A DNA stretch of 64,000 bases from Eledone cirrhosa (taxonomy: Eukaryota). The translations under genes were made by a program, and so were the position numbers. The stretch covers positions 43,710,001 to 43,774,000 of the forward strand of contig OZ024753.1 in assembly GCA_964016885.1 (NCBI GenBank), written 5' to 3'. The notes beneath the pieces were generated by a model that ran no database searches, was not told the DNA's origin, and was given only the letters and a program-made list of their open reading frames with translations. Below, piece after piece: positions 12,709-26,057 of the stretch (positions are counted from its first letter, which is position 1; every line of letters begins with the position of its first letter).

Positions 12709-13245
12709 ATTCGAAGAAATGGATTAATATATACCAAAAGGGCTAAATAATTGACTTTAAATGTGTTCCATACACATGTTGAGGTGGACTGGCCATACAC
12801 GAACTTTAGTTATGACCGGTAGGTCATTGAGTTGGCTAGTAAAGCAAAAAAATGACCTGGACATATAACAAAAAAACTGAACAAAAATTGAACAGAAAAG
12901 AGAATGCTCCTTGGCTGAGCAATAAAAACCTACCTCTGGCCCTCTGCTATCTGTTAGTGTCACCATAGCTAAGCATTGAAAATACACCTCAGGCTTTCAA
13001 CAATCTATTAGTGTTGCTTTAACTGAAGTGTGGAAACACATCTCTGGCCCACGTCAGTCTGCAGTTAGTCATTATCACCTTAGCTGAACAGTGGAAACAC
13101 ACCTCTGGCCCTCCACCATCTGTTTGTTTAGTGTCGGTGATATAAAGATAAAGAGACATAACTAAATACAGCAAAACATGTTGTCTGGTGCTCTATCGAT
13201 TCTACCAATCCACTGCTCCTTGAGGTGGTGTGGCTGTAGCAGCAT

Positions 13246-13490
13246 TGTCTCTAGCCATTCTCTGTGGTAATGTCTCTAGCCATTCTCTGTGGTAATGTCT
13301 CTAGCCATTCTCTGTGATTCTGTCCACAGGGCACAGCTGAAAAACCACTCAGACTGGGGTGTAGTGTACTGTCTGTTCCCCCTCCTCTCCCTTTCTTTCC
13401 TTGCTTGATTCTTTTCTTTCCTTGCTTGATTCTTTTCTTTCCTTGCTTGATTCTTTTCTTTCTTTTCCTTGCTTGATTCTTTTCTTTCTT
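13246..13490. repeat. Short tandem repeats: 25-bp x3 and 21-bp x3-4
   Basis: Units TGTCTCTAGCCATTCTCTGTGGTAA and CCTTGCTTGATTCTTTTCTTT. Confidence 0.85.
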
Positions 13491-15014
13491 TTCCTTCTTT
13501 CCATTTCTTCTTGTTCCCTTTAATAGTGTGTTTTGTTTTCGTATAAACATCTTTGTTAAATAAAATATTTACTCGTCGTCAATAATTATTTTCAGAACGT
13601 ATAATTTTGTGATTTAGAAATATTTTAGTGCAGTAAAGATATTTGTAAGAGTGAATAGACTGTTATTAAATGTATAATGTTTTGTTTATGTAATTGTTTT
13701 ATGGCAGTGAATTAGTGGAATTATTGGGACAATGGATTAAATGATTTGGTGTTTGTTCCAACACGCTGCATTCTGAGTTCAAATCCTACCACTGTCAACT
13801 TTACCTTTCATCCTTTTGTGGTCAATAAATACATTTTTTTTTTTATTAAATCGATTGACAAGATTCCAGACTTCCTTATCGAGTGAGATGGAGCTTGTCA
13901 AATTGAACCAAAGAAACCAAGGAAACAATGTTTTCATTGGTCTTTCCATTGCTGATACTTACCAATTGCAACTCCTGGCAGAAATAGCAACGTGAAGTAA
14001 AGTGTCTTGCTCAAAGACATAATGCATCACCTAGTCCAGGAATGGAACTCTGACATTTCTCTAACAGCAATCAACTAAATACCAGTAATATCTATGGTTC
14101 TGATGTAGTGCAAGGGTACTGTTTGATACACAACATGTCTTGGGCATTTTAAACCTGACAGAGCTCATCTATTCCTTGGTCAGAACACAGCCAGCTACTT
14201 AGAGAGAGAGAGAGAGCAGGCAGGATTGACCCCAGTACTAGACTGATACTTTATTTATGTACCTCGAAAGTATGAAAAGCAAAGTTAGTTGACCTTGGGA
14301 GAGATTTGAACTTAGAATCCGAACATAGAAAGCAGCAATAAATGCCATGAAACATCACAGAATATTCTCCTTGATGTTTTAAGGACTTAACCAAATTCAC
14401 AAGCTTCTTCCAGTAATATAGGAGGACCATAATATTATTAAGAAAAAAAACTTAAAAAATAAAATTATTGAAATATGATTTTTTAAACTAACAAAGGAGC
14501 CTAACATCCTAGCATGAAGATTCTTTGGAAATATAATTTTGTTGTTTAGGAAAGCTTAGCACTTCACGAGATTTCATTTATGTAAATGAATTGTAATTTA
14601 TGGTAATTCAAGGTGAACCATGTAAAATTGGGGTAATTCTTTGAGATATATTCAGTTAAAAACACTTAAATACTCTTCAAATTAAAACAAATTAAATAAA
14701 ACAAAATAAATAAGATATAAATTAATTTTGGTAAAGCAATTATTTTGTCATGTTATGTTATACTTAAAAATAATTTTAAAAGTACGATATTTTCAATGAA
14801 TGCGACATGAATAAAATTTGCAATTCATCCTATTTCAATTTTAAATTTTGATGCTTCGAAAATATTCTGAACTCTATGATGTCTGCATAAAATTTTCCAA
14901 AATTCCCAGAATTTTACAATTTAGAAATTATATTGGTGAATTGTGATATACAGATATATATATATATCATGATCATCATCATCATTTAACGTCTATCTTC
15001 CATGCTTGCATGGG

Positions 15015-15054
<40 letters not shown>

Positions 15055-15480
15055 TAGCCCAGTCATCTATTAAAGGACTCAACAGGAGGTATGTCAGGTG
15101 GTTCACCTGTAATTTTAGGTGTTTCACAAAAGTACTTCTGTTTCAAATCTCACCCTAACTTATATTCTGTACTCACCTCAGAAACATTTAGATTATATGT
15201 GAAGTAGGGGCTAGAATTACTAGTTCTTATTGAATTGACAATCATGAGGTTGTGGTCTCGATTCTGGGCCAGGTATTGTGTTATATCCTTTGAGCAAGAC
15301 ATTTTATTTCATGTAGCTTTTTCTGCCAAAATTTGTAACCATTAGATAGTATCAGCAATGGAATAACCAATGGGAACATTGTTTCTTTGGTCCGAGAAGA
15401 GGAAGGAATGGAAAAAAAACAAAAAATGAGAGATAAAAAAGACACACGTGCATATTCAGTCAGCCATTTTGAAGATTTTG

Positions 15481-15516
<36 letters not shown>

Positions 15517-15536
15517 TAGCCTTACACTACTTTCCA

Positions 15537-15602
<66 letters not shown>

Positions 15603-16461
15603 ATATTAGCCTTACATTACTTTCCACATTATATATATATAGATATATATACATATATCATCATCATTTAACGGTTATACCATATATATATATATATATA
15701 TGCCATATATATAATTTTATATACATTATACCATATATATATATATATATATGTATATGGTATAATGTTCCTTACAACTCAGACAATTGATATATGTTAC
15801 AGATGTGTCTAAATGTTTCTGCATCTCTAAAAAAAAATGAAGCTACCCCCCCCCCCCCCCCCCCACACACACACACCCATCCTAACTGCTGAGAAACTCA
15901 ACTCTATAAATTAGATTCAGTATAGGTTACCACTGTTTCATCTACTTTAGCTAATTACTTGCATTATTTATTTGTCCATGTCATTCATGGGTTTTCTATA
16001 CAATAAAGCAGCCAAATTTTTGATTTCTAAAGGTTTTGTCATTTTACCGTTATTAATTAAATTAGTACTCTTCAAACTTTCTTTTGCAGATATTTTGGTT
16101 CCTTGCCATATTTTCTACTCAATTCTTTTTATGGTTTCTAGTAATTTATGTAGCCCAGTTACTGTTACTATTGACAATTGTGTATTAAATTTATTAGAAA
16201 GAATTAATGCACTTTAATAAAGGGAAGTGATATTTATTAGGCAAAGTTAACTGATCTGAGACTGTGTTGTGTTAAAACTGATACAACCACATCATGGATG
16301 AGCCATTTTAACCATTAAAAACAATTGTCGACATAAATAAGCGTATTTCTTCTATTATTTTTGTGCAGGCAAACGTTTATAATTTGCCGACAGAAATTAC
16401 AAAGTTTTCTGAGAACATTTTTTTTTGCTGGTGTAGCTGCACCCCAAGAAATACGCTATTG

Positions 16462-16493
<32 letters not shown>

Positions 16494-17467
16494 CACTGTT
16501 ATGTCCACCTTTCATTGCCATTGTGTTGCAGAAGTGTTATGAACACTGTGACAGCACGGAATAAACAAAATGTAAATATATCAGTGTTGTGTGTTTTACA
16601 TACTTAAATGTTAAACGATGATGATGATGATGATATATATAAATATATGTATGTATATATATGTCATCATCATCATCATCATCATCGATTAATGTCTATC
16701 TTCCATGCTAGCATGGGTTAGACTCGTTTGTCCCATTTAGAGGCAAGTTGGGTCAGGTGACTGCGTCTTGCTCATTGCTTGCAAGGAAATTGGTTGTTAA
16801 AAATGATATATATGTATATATATCATCATCATCACTTTACGTCCACTTTTCCCTGCTAGCAAGGGTGGGACAAGGATATATATATATATAAGCAAAGAAT
16901 CGCTTAGGGTGAAAGCACCGATTCTTTGCTTAAACTTTAATCTGTTATTTTAATAAATATATATATATATAAATAATAATAATACATCTGAATTCTTCAT
17001 TTCTCTCACTTCTATTTTCTTACCTAATGGCTAGGCAGATTCTGGGGGAGTATGACTGTTGTTTTATGATTACAAGCAACACAAGTTCCAATTCAAAATT
17101 GCCTCACTTTTTATTTTTTTAAATTAGAAGCGTGTAATTTTTGATTTAATGTTCCCCATTTATATGCAAGGTTCAATAAGCAGGAATGTGTGACTGTAGC
17201 ATGCTATAATTTAAGATGCAAGTTAGAATTGAAGAATTATAGAAATTGATGTTGATACAATCCATAAGTATTCAATTTTCTGAATAAATTTGAATTAATG
17301 AAAAAAGAAAAAGAAAACAAATTGAGCTTAATATTAAACAGACAACAGTAAATTAAAGATATTTCATTTTTCTCACATTTTCACCAGAAGCAAATTCCCT
17401 TTTCGAAGTCTTCCTGGCATTGTTGTTTTTCTAACATATCTGGAAACTGTAACTACAACACTATAGA

Positions 17468-17509
<42 letters not shown>

Positions 17510-17597
17510 CACACTTGCAGTACAAAAGAAATACACATTGGCCCTATTTGGTACCATATTTCATAACACATATATACTGCCTATTATTTTCAAATAA

Positions 17598-17784
17598 GTT
17601 GGTATTATTGGCAGTATCGGTAGAGGGTCGGACGCTATGCTTTCCAGCATAGTTACGTCCCTTTACGATCTGAGGTTCAAATCCTGCCAAGGTTGACTTT
17701 GCCTTTCATCCTTACGGGGTCGATAAAATAAAGTACCAGTAATGCACTGGGGTAATTGCTGGCCTTGTGCCTAAAGTAGAAACA
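17598..17784 (+). mobile_element. SINE family A with 15-bp TSD, nested in a family-2 MITE remnant
   Basis: ATTATTTTCAAATAA at 17583-17597 and 17785-17799. Confidence 0.85.
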
Positions 17785-18225
17785 ATTATTTTCAAATAAA
17801 TTTGAAAACAATCAAGAATTTATAAATATATATATATATATATTTATTTATATATATATACATTTATTTATATATATATATATCCCTACGTGTTCTCTCC
17901 TTAACTGAACTTTTCTCATGAAGGACTTCTGTCTGAGATATAGAACACTCCTCCACTACCTCTAAGCATGAAGTTAATATAACTTTGTATTTTCACATTC
18001 CTGTGTTTGTTTTGTTTCATTTATTAACTATATGCGTATATATATATGAAAAAGTATGACCCCGACGGCAGAGCTCAAGCTGTTTCATACTTTTTCCTAT
18101 TACCCACTCTACTACCCTAAGTATTGAGTACTCTGGTGTGTTATGGTCCATCTGGTTCCTTACCACAAACTCCTTCGTTATATATATATATATAATATAT
18201 ATATATAATATATATATAATATATA

Positions 18226-18341
18226 TAATTGTTTTCTACTTTAGGCACAAGGCCAGCAATTACCCAGTACATTACTGGTACTTTATTTTATCGACCCCGT
18301 AAGGATGAAAGGTAAAGTTAACCTCGACGGGATTTGAACTC
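18226..18341 (-). mobile_element. SINE family A, 3' half
   Basis: Reverse complement of the B-box to tail segment. Confidence 0.8.
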
Positions 18342-18410
18342 ATATATAATATATATATATAACTCATATATAATAATATAATATATATAATATATATATA
18401 TAATATATAT

Positions 18411-18442
<32 letters not shown>

Positions 18443-18508
18443 ATATATATATATATATATAATATATATATATATGTATAATATATATATATATATAATA
18501 TATATATT

Positions 18509-18539
<31 letters not shown>

Positions 18540-18622
18540 ATATATATATTTATATATATAATATATATATATATATGTAATATATATATTTATATATAAT
18601 TATATATATATATATAATATAT

Positions 18623-18690
<68 letters not shown>

Positions 18691-18709
18691 TAATATATAT
18701 ATAATATAT

Positions 18710-18753
<44 letters not shown>

Positions 18754-18974
18754 TATATAATATATATATAATATATAATATAATATAATATATATAATAT
18801 ATATGATATATATAATATATATATATATAATATATATATTGATATATAATATATATATAATATATATATATATAATATATATATAATATATATATTAATA
18901 TAATATATATATAATATAATATATATAAATATAATATATATATATAATATATATATAATATATATATATATAAT

Positions 18975-19029
<55 letters not shown>

Positions 19030-19240
19030 TATATATAGTAATATATATATATTATAATATATATATATAATATATAATATATATATATAATATATAATAT
19101 ATATATATAATATATATATATATATATAATATATATATATATATAATATATATATATATATAATATATATATATATATTAATATATATATATATATAATA
19201 TATATATATATAATATATATAATATATATAATATATATAT
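18342..19240. repeat. ~900-bp interrupted (TA)n microsatellite
   Basis: TA dinucleotide with frequent AA interruptions. Confidence 0.95.
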
Positions 19241-19864
19241 CAGCATGATCATTATCTAACGTCCACTTCCCTGCTATCTTGTATATTGATGTTACTATAT
19301 TAGACTGAAATTCCAGCTTTTCCTTATAACTTCTAACATTATTTACATCCACCTCAGTCTTTACTTTCGACAACAAACTAGATACTTTCTTCCAACATTG
19401 TTTCTTTGATAATCTTCATCTACATCCTTCTTTCTCTCTGGTTTTATCTTTTCAATCACATTTGGTTTTGCTTATAGAGTTTTCTCTCTTAAACAACATC
19501 TTAGAGATGTAGGTCTTGATAATGGTAACTGTTTTAAAATACTTTATCTATCAATGTTTGATAAAACGTAAAAAAAACCCATCTCTTTTCACTCTATTTC
19601 TTTTTGATAGTCTTTGTTATCTCTTTAACGAAACCTTCATGCTTTTTGTTGTTGTTGTTATTTTTATCTTCACCTGATGTCTGCTATATTTACACCTGTT
19701 GTAACAATTGAATCACACCAGTTACTAAACTATACATTTCGATGGAACAATCTCTTGAATCTCTTCTTTAAAACAATTCCATGTTCCATATTTTGATATT
19801 AACTTCAATATATCTGCACTGATTGCCTTATACTGAATGGCCTTGCTCGATCTGCGATCTGCTG

Positions 19865-20212
19865 GTGATGTATGGTGTTGTGGTGTGGTGTGTGGCGTGT
19901 TGTGGTGTGGTGTGGTGTGATGTGATGTGATGTGATGTGGCGTGGTGTGGTGTGGTGTGTTGTGTGGCGTGTTGTGTTGTGATGTGGCATGGTGTGTTGT
20001 GATGTGGTGTGTGGCGTGGTGTGGTGTGGTGTGTTGTGGTGTGATGTGGTGTGTGGCGTGGTGTGGTGTGTGGAGTGTTGTGATGTGATGTGGAGTGGTG
20101 TGTTGTGGTGTGGTGTCTGGTGTGTTGTGATGTGGTGTGTGGCATGGTGTGTGGCGTGGTGTGATGTGATGTTTGATGTGATGTGTGGTGTTGTGTGGTG
20201 TGATGTGATGTA
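19865..20212. repeat. Pentanucleotide (GTGTG/GTGAT)n repeat
   Basis: Directly visible in the sequence. Confidence 0.9.
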
Positions 20213-21709
20213 ACTTCTGAAGAAGTCATAGGAGCCCTGTATTGACATACAGTGTTTCTTGGGCATTTTTGATTCTGGTGGAGCCCATCTCCTCTCCAGG
20301 TCTGAACACTAGATTCCTTTCAGAGAATACAAAGTGAGTGAGAGAGTTAGTGAGAGAGAGATATAGAGGAAGACTCAACCCCAGTACTATATCAACTAGT
20401 AATTGAAATAGAGTGTATTTTATTAAAGATACAGTTACAAAATTGTTAAGTCCTTCTTCTGTTTACCCTACCTATTCCAACTATTAATTGAAAAGGGGCC
20501 AGGGGACAGCAGAAAAGGAGAGGGACAGATGATATTAGGGAATTGACAGGAAGGAGTTTGGCAGAATATACAGCAATGGAAAGAGACAGGAAAAAATGGA
20601 GAGTGCTGGTCCATAAGTCTATGACTCTTGACCCTCAGATATCAGGATGGGATGTGGCTAGACTAGTATTTCATTAGAAATACAGTTATAAAATTGTTAA
20701 GTCTTCATCTCCTATTTACCCTATATCAACCATTAACCTGTTGTTAAGTCATTCATCTCCTATTTACCCTATATCAACTATTAATCTGTTATGTTTCTCA
20801 TATTTACAATCTAACAACTACTAGAGACTCTTTTATTATCTCTTTTATCAATTATATGAAACTTTATATTCAAAAAGGTTTCATATTTGTTTATTTGTTT
20901 GTATATTTTGGAGTGGTCTTTATATTTCTAATTAACTTTCGTTAGAGAATTTTAGTAAGGTTCTTGCAGAAGATTGCAAAATAATCTACTTCATTCATTC
21001 TATGTCTCACATCTTTTATTCATTTTTATTTTTACTCGTAATTATGTCGCTCAGCAGTCGATGTTTTGTTTGTATAACAAAACTGAAAGACGATATTATG
21101 AGTTTAAACAAGTCAACAAAGGAATCTGAAAAAAACGGAATTGTCTCCTCACCATTTCTATATATATATATTTGTCTTTTGTTTTCCTGTTCGGTTGCTT
21201 CATTGTTATATTTATTTATTTACCAACTTGTGAAAAAGAGATTGTTGCAAGTGATGTCTTCATCATTCTAGAAGAAAATGATGTTGACAAACTAATTTTT
21301 TTTTTTTATAACACAGTTATATAGTTAACCTTTTTGATACTAAACTGTCTGGAAATGCTCCGGTTTTGTAATACAAAATTGCTTATCCTACTGTGTTTAT
21401 CTCAAAACATTCCATAACGATCGTATGTTAGAACTTTACTAAGTTGTGTTTCACCTAGCAGTATAATGGACATGACCTGACTTATCCAGACCCCACCTAT
21501 ACCTAGCACTCCTTAGTAGATATCCTTACCATCAGTGTATTTCACTCTACACATGTTTACCTGACTCTCTTAAATCATAACATATAAGGCCTACCTCTTT
21601 ATCCCACCCTTTATAAATTCTAACACCAGTCATAGCACCCTAGTAGCTGTTCCAAACATTAGTTTATACCCTCCCCTTCACTCTATACATGACCACCTGA
21701 CCCTCTTAA

Positions 21710-22131
21710 CCCTTTAGTATTTAAACCAGCCATATCCGGCCATAATTCTCTCAGCTCTTTCTGTTCAAACCAGTCATAACTGGATGCTCATACCTATAAT
21801 AAAGTATTGTTCTCAAAATACGACATCAAAATCTTGTAGATTCAATGTTATGTGAGATATTATGTAAGGTAAAGCCTTTACTGTGAAAATACAATAGTAT
21901 ATATAGTGTAATGTAAATGTTATGTGAGATATTATGTAAGGTAAAGCCTTTACTGTGAAAATACAATAGTAAATATAGAGTAATGTAAATGTTATGTGAG
22001 GTAAAGCCTTTACTGTGAAAATACAATAGTAAATATAAAGTAATGTAAATGTTATGTGAGATATTATGTGAGATAAAGCCTTTACTGTGAAAATACAATA
22101 GAATATATAGAGTAATGTGAATGCTAAAGGG
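21710..22131. mobile_element. piggyBac-like MITE (family 1) with internal ~72-bp tandem expansion
   Basis: TTAA|CCCTTTAGTATT...AATGCTAAAGGG|TTAA. A paralogous empty TTAA site is at 21570-21573. Confidence 0.85.
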
Positions 22132-22394
22132 TTAAATCATAACATATCAGGCCTACGTCTTTATCCCACCCTTTATAAATCCTAACACCAGTCATAGCTC
22201 CCTAGTAACTGTTCCAAACATCCTAATAATCCCCCAAGCTATCAGAACTCATCTTCTTCCCTTCCATTCACCACATTGTCAAATCCCATGAGTTGGTACA
22301 CACACATGACATCATTTCTCACCTTTCCTCCCCGTCATATTTTCCTGAATCAAAACTATAATTGAGAAGTGGAACAAGTCATTGATGTGCATGG

Positions 22395-23120
22395 ATACTT
22401 ACAGTTGTCTGGAATTACTCGTGTGTTGTGTCAATTGACTTTACTGATAGAGTTGTCTCACTAAATTCTAATTATGACTCTGGTCAAACTGAAGAATGGA
22501 GAAAACCAAGGAGGAATACGACAACTGTTCCAATTCTGTTTCTGCAAGACAACTCACTAATTGACAGATGGCTCCAATAATGCAGCAAGTTCTTGATGTT
22601 GGCTTGGAGTTGATTGATGAACCTCCATACAGCCCTGGTTTGGAACCTTGAGACTGTTACCTCTTTAAACCTTTAGCATTTAAACCGGCTATATCTGGCC
22701 AAAGTTTTCTCACCTCTTCCTCTTCAAACCGGCCATAACTGGCCACTCATACTGATGTTAAGGTAATTTTCTCAAAATAAATAATATCAAAATCTCATAG
22801 ATTTGATATTATGTGAGATAATACAAAAATACAATAATATATAAAGAGTAATGTAAATGCTAAAGAGTTAAGATATCTGAGACTATTAAGACGTCTGAGA
22901 CTATTACCTCTTTAAGACATCTGAGACTATTACCTCTTTAAGACATCTGAGACTATTACCTCTTTAAGACATCTGAGACTATTACCACTTCAAGACATCT
23001 GAAGAAGTTTTTTACAAGGTAAATATTTTACAGTCAAGTAGGGTCTCAGATCAGAAGCCATTGATTTCGGAAGCAAACAGGGACTAAATTTCTTCAAAAG
23101 TGTTTGAGAAATTGGTATAC
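22395..23120 (+). pseudogene. Mariner (Tc1/mariner) transposase relic
   Basis: Translated pieces ILTVVWNYSCVVSIDF, LFLQDN, LELIDEPPYSPGLEP*DCYLF (compare HPPYSPDLAPSDYHLF) and RHLKKFLQGKYF. Confidence 0.8.
22669..22867. mobile_element. piggyBac-like MITE (family 1) inserted in the mariner relic
   Basis: TTAA|ACCTTTAGCATT...AATGCTAAAGAG|TTAA. The adjacent 26-bp tandem units show the uninterrupted TTAA site. Confidence 0.85.
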
Positions 23121-23513
23121 CGGAAAAAAGGCATCAATCAAAATGGTTTATATGTGAAAAAGAAATACCTATATGACTTTGTTATAGTTGTGTGTTTCTG
23201 TTTTATAAATAAATATGTTTTCATATATTTTCTCACTAATAATTGAATGCACCATGTATATATATGTTTGTCCTTATGTGTGTGAGGGTGTGTGTATGTA
23301 TAAATATATAATATATAGAAAAGATAATACACGAGAGAGTGTGTGTGTTTATCAATATACAGGGAAAACCACCAGTGTAGGGAATCTATAAACTAAGAAA
23401 GGTGAGGTAGATGCATAATAATTAAAAATAGGATTCTCTTCCCTTTGAGCTCATAAATTACAGGGACCAACGTGCGTTTATGACTCCGTTAATTTATTTT
23501 GATATATATATGT

Positions 23514-23850
23514 GGAGGCACATGGCTTAGTGGTTAGAGCATTGGCCTTGCAATCGAAAGGTTGTGAGTTCAATTCTCAGACAGGGTGATGTGTTGTTTC
23601 CTTGAGCAAGACACTTTATTTCACATTGCTCCAGTTTACTCAGCTGTAGAAATGAGATGATAGGGACTGGGGTCCCTATCATTCCACTGTAAAGTGGTCG
23701 TGGAGGTGCCACGGCAAAAAAGCACCCAGCACTCACTGTAAATGTGGTTGGTGTTAGGAAGGGCATCCAACTGTAGAAATCAAGCCAGAATCAGTTCCCG
23801 TCCTACTCTTGCAAGCAGGGAAAAAGCGGATGTAAAATGAAATGATGATA
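23514..23850 (+). mobile_element. tRNA-derived SINE family B (Meta/CORE-like core, RTE-like tail)
   Basis: A-box TGGCTTAGTGG, B-box GAGTTCAATTC, core CCTTGAGCAAGACACTT...CATTGCTCCAGTTTACTCAGCTGTA; near-identical to 35242-35585. Confidence 0.85.
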
Positions 23851-24075
23851 TATCATTCATCATCATCATTTCATTTTTTATATATATATATATATATATA
23901 TGTAGGAGGTGAGTTTTATTGTAGTACAATAAAGCAATGCAGATATCGGATAAGAAGCACTCTACAGTTTGTAGGACTGGAGTATACATAATATATAAGA
24001 ACAAAAGATGGTTAAAATGTTGATTTAAAACTGCACTATCCACAAGTGTTTTTTAACCTTCATATCATGTCTTCC

Positions 24076-24145
24076 TATTTTATCTGATGAAAACACAAAT
24101 ATTATTGCATGATGATATTTGTTTTTGAAATGCGCATAATAAATA
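24076..24145 (+). ncRNA. Type-I hammerhead ribozyme
   Basis: TATTTTAT CTGATGA [AAACACAAATATTAT...ATGATATTTGTTTTT] GAAA TGCGCA TA ATAAATA. The homolog near 42861 has ATAAAATA, which completes stem I. Confidence 0.75.
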
Positions 24146-24227
24146 CATGGAACTCTTTTAACCATCTTTTGTTCTTGTATATATATATATATATATATAT
24201 CAAAATAAATTAATGGAGTCATAAACG

Positions 24228-24366
24228 CATTGCTTTTGAAAATAGCTGGTGATATGCATGCAAGTAAATATTCTCTTTATTTGATAGTTTGTAACTAAGC
24301 TTACATAGAACAATAACTGAGTATAGTTACAATGTATTATCACCTAGAAACGATCGTAAAGCAGTG
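24228..24366 (+). ncRNA. Type-I hammerhead ribozyme, U3-A8 variant with long stem II (relative of 4200-4354)
   Basis: CATTGCTT TTGAAAA TAG..GGTGATA ... TATCACCTA GAAA CGATCG TA AAGCAGTG. It shares TTGATAGTTTGTA and CCTAGAAACGATCGT with the copy at 4200. Confidence 0.7.
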
Positions 24367-24597
24367 AAGTATATCTCTGATGACTTGATTTTTTTATTTC
24401 ATTGTTTTAACTTATATATATATATATATAAGCATGTTATATGAAGGGTTAGGGAAAGCATCTAGCTGTAAAACATTGCCTCAAAAGCTCCTGTACAAAC
24501 CAATATGTATATATGTGTATGTATACATAAGCCGAAACTGCTTGGCACCCGCGGTCGGGATTTTACATATCTCTCTCTCTCTCTCTCTCACTCTCTC

Positions 24598-24674
<77 letters not shown>

Positions 24675-25205
24675 TTGGGTTTGCATATTCACACACAGAC
24701 AGTGAACATAAACATAAACATTAAGAAAACACAAACAAAACAGAAATGAAATGAAATAATTCACACAATAAAAGGTAAAAACAAACAACCAAATAACCAA
24801 ACAAAAGATAAACGCTAAACATAAAACCAAAACAGCAAATAAAAGTAAAGTAAAAAGATGTTTAAGTCTAACATAGAGTGACCATGATATGGCTGAGAAG
24901 ATAAACAGTGGCCCATTGAATTACTAGTGGCCAATGGTCACACATGAGTTTCCACATCTATAAATGCTTGTCACACTATTCACTTAACATTTTAGCAAGC
25001 TAGCATGAAATTATAATTCATATGCTCTGAGTTTAGTAGATTATTATTATTGTTGTTGTTATTATTGTTGTTGTTGTTATTGTTATTGTTGTTAGTTTTT
25101 TACCTGCATTTTTACAGCACAAGGTTTTTTTTTTCTTTTTTCGTTTTTTTTTTCTTTTGTATTTTCCTATATATGTACATATATATACATACATACATAC
25201 ATATA

Positions 25206-25285
<80 letters not shown>

Positions 25286-25299
25286 CATACATACATATA

Positions 25300-25361
<62 letters not shown>

Positions 25362-25397
25362 CATACATATATATATATATAGATATATGATAGACAC

Positions 25398-25442
<45 letters not shown>

Positions 25443-25494
25443 TATATGATAGACACATATATATAAATAAATATATATATATATATATAGACAG

Positions 25495-25525
<31 letters not shown>

Positions 25526-25565
25526 GATACATATATATATATATATCTGTCTATATATATGTATC

Positions 25566-25608
<43 letters not shown>

Positions 25609-25667
25609 TTATATGTGTCTATATATATATCTATGTATGTGTCTATATATATATATATATGTGTGTC

Positions 25668-25719
<52 letters not shown>

Positions 25720-25806
25720 CATACACACATATATATATACATATGTATGTTGATGAATAAATGTGTACTAACACACAGGCACACAGTTGCAGTTACACGC
25801 CTAACT

Positions 25807-25857
<51 letters not shown>

Positions 25858-26057
25858 GTTTGGTGACTGGTAAATGGAAATCAGCTCTGTTGCCCAGTGA
25901 TCCAATTGCAGAGTCTGTCCATTAACTATCCGAGTCTCTCCATTGATCCTAAACTACCCCCCCCCCCCCTCTCTATATTGGTTTTATTTTTGCTACCAAA
26001 TCAATATCACAAGTGGAAGTTCATTCTTAGTAAAACATAAGTCAATAGTTAACTACC

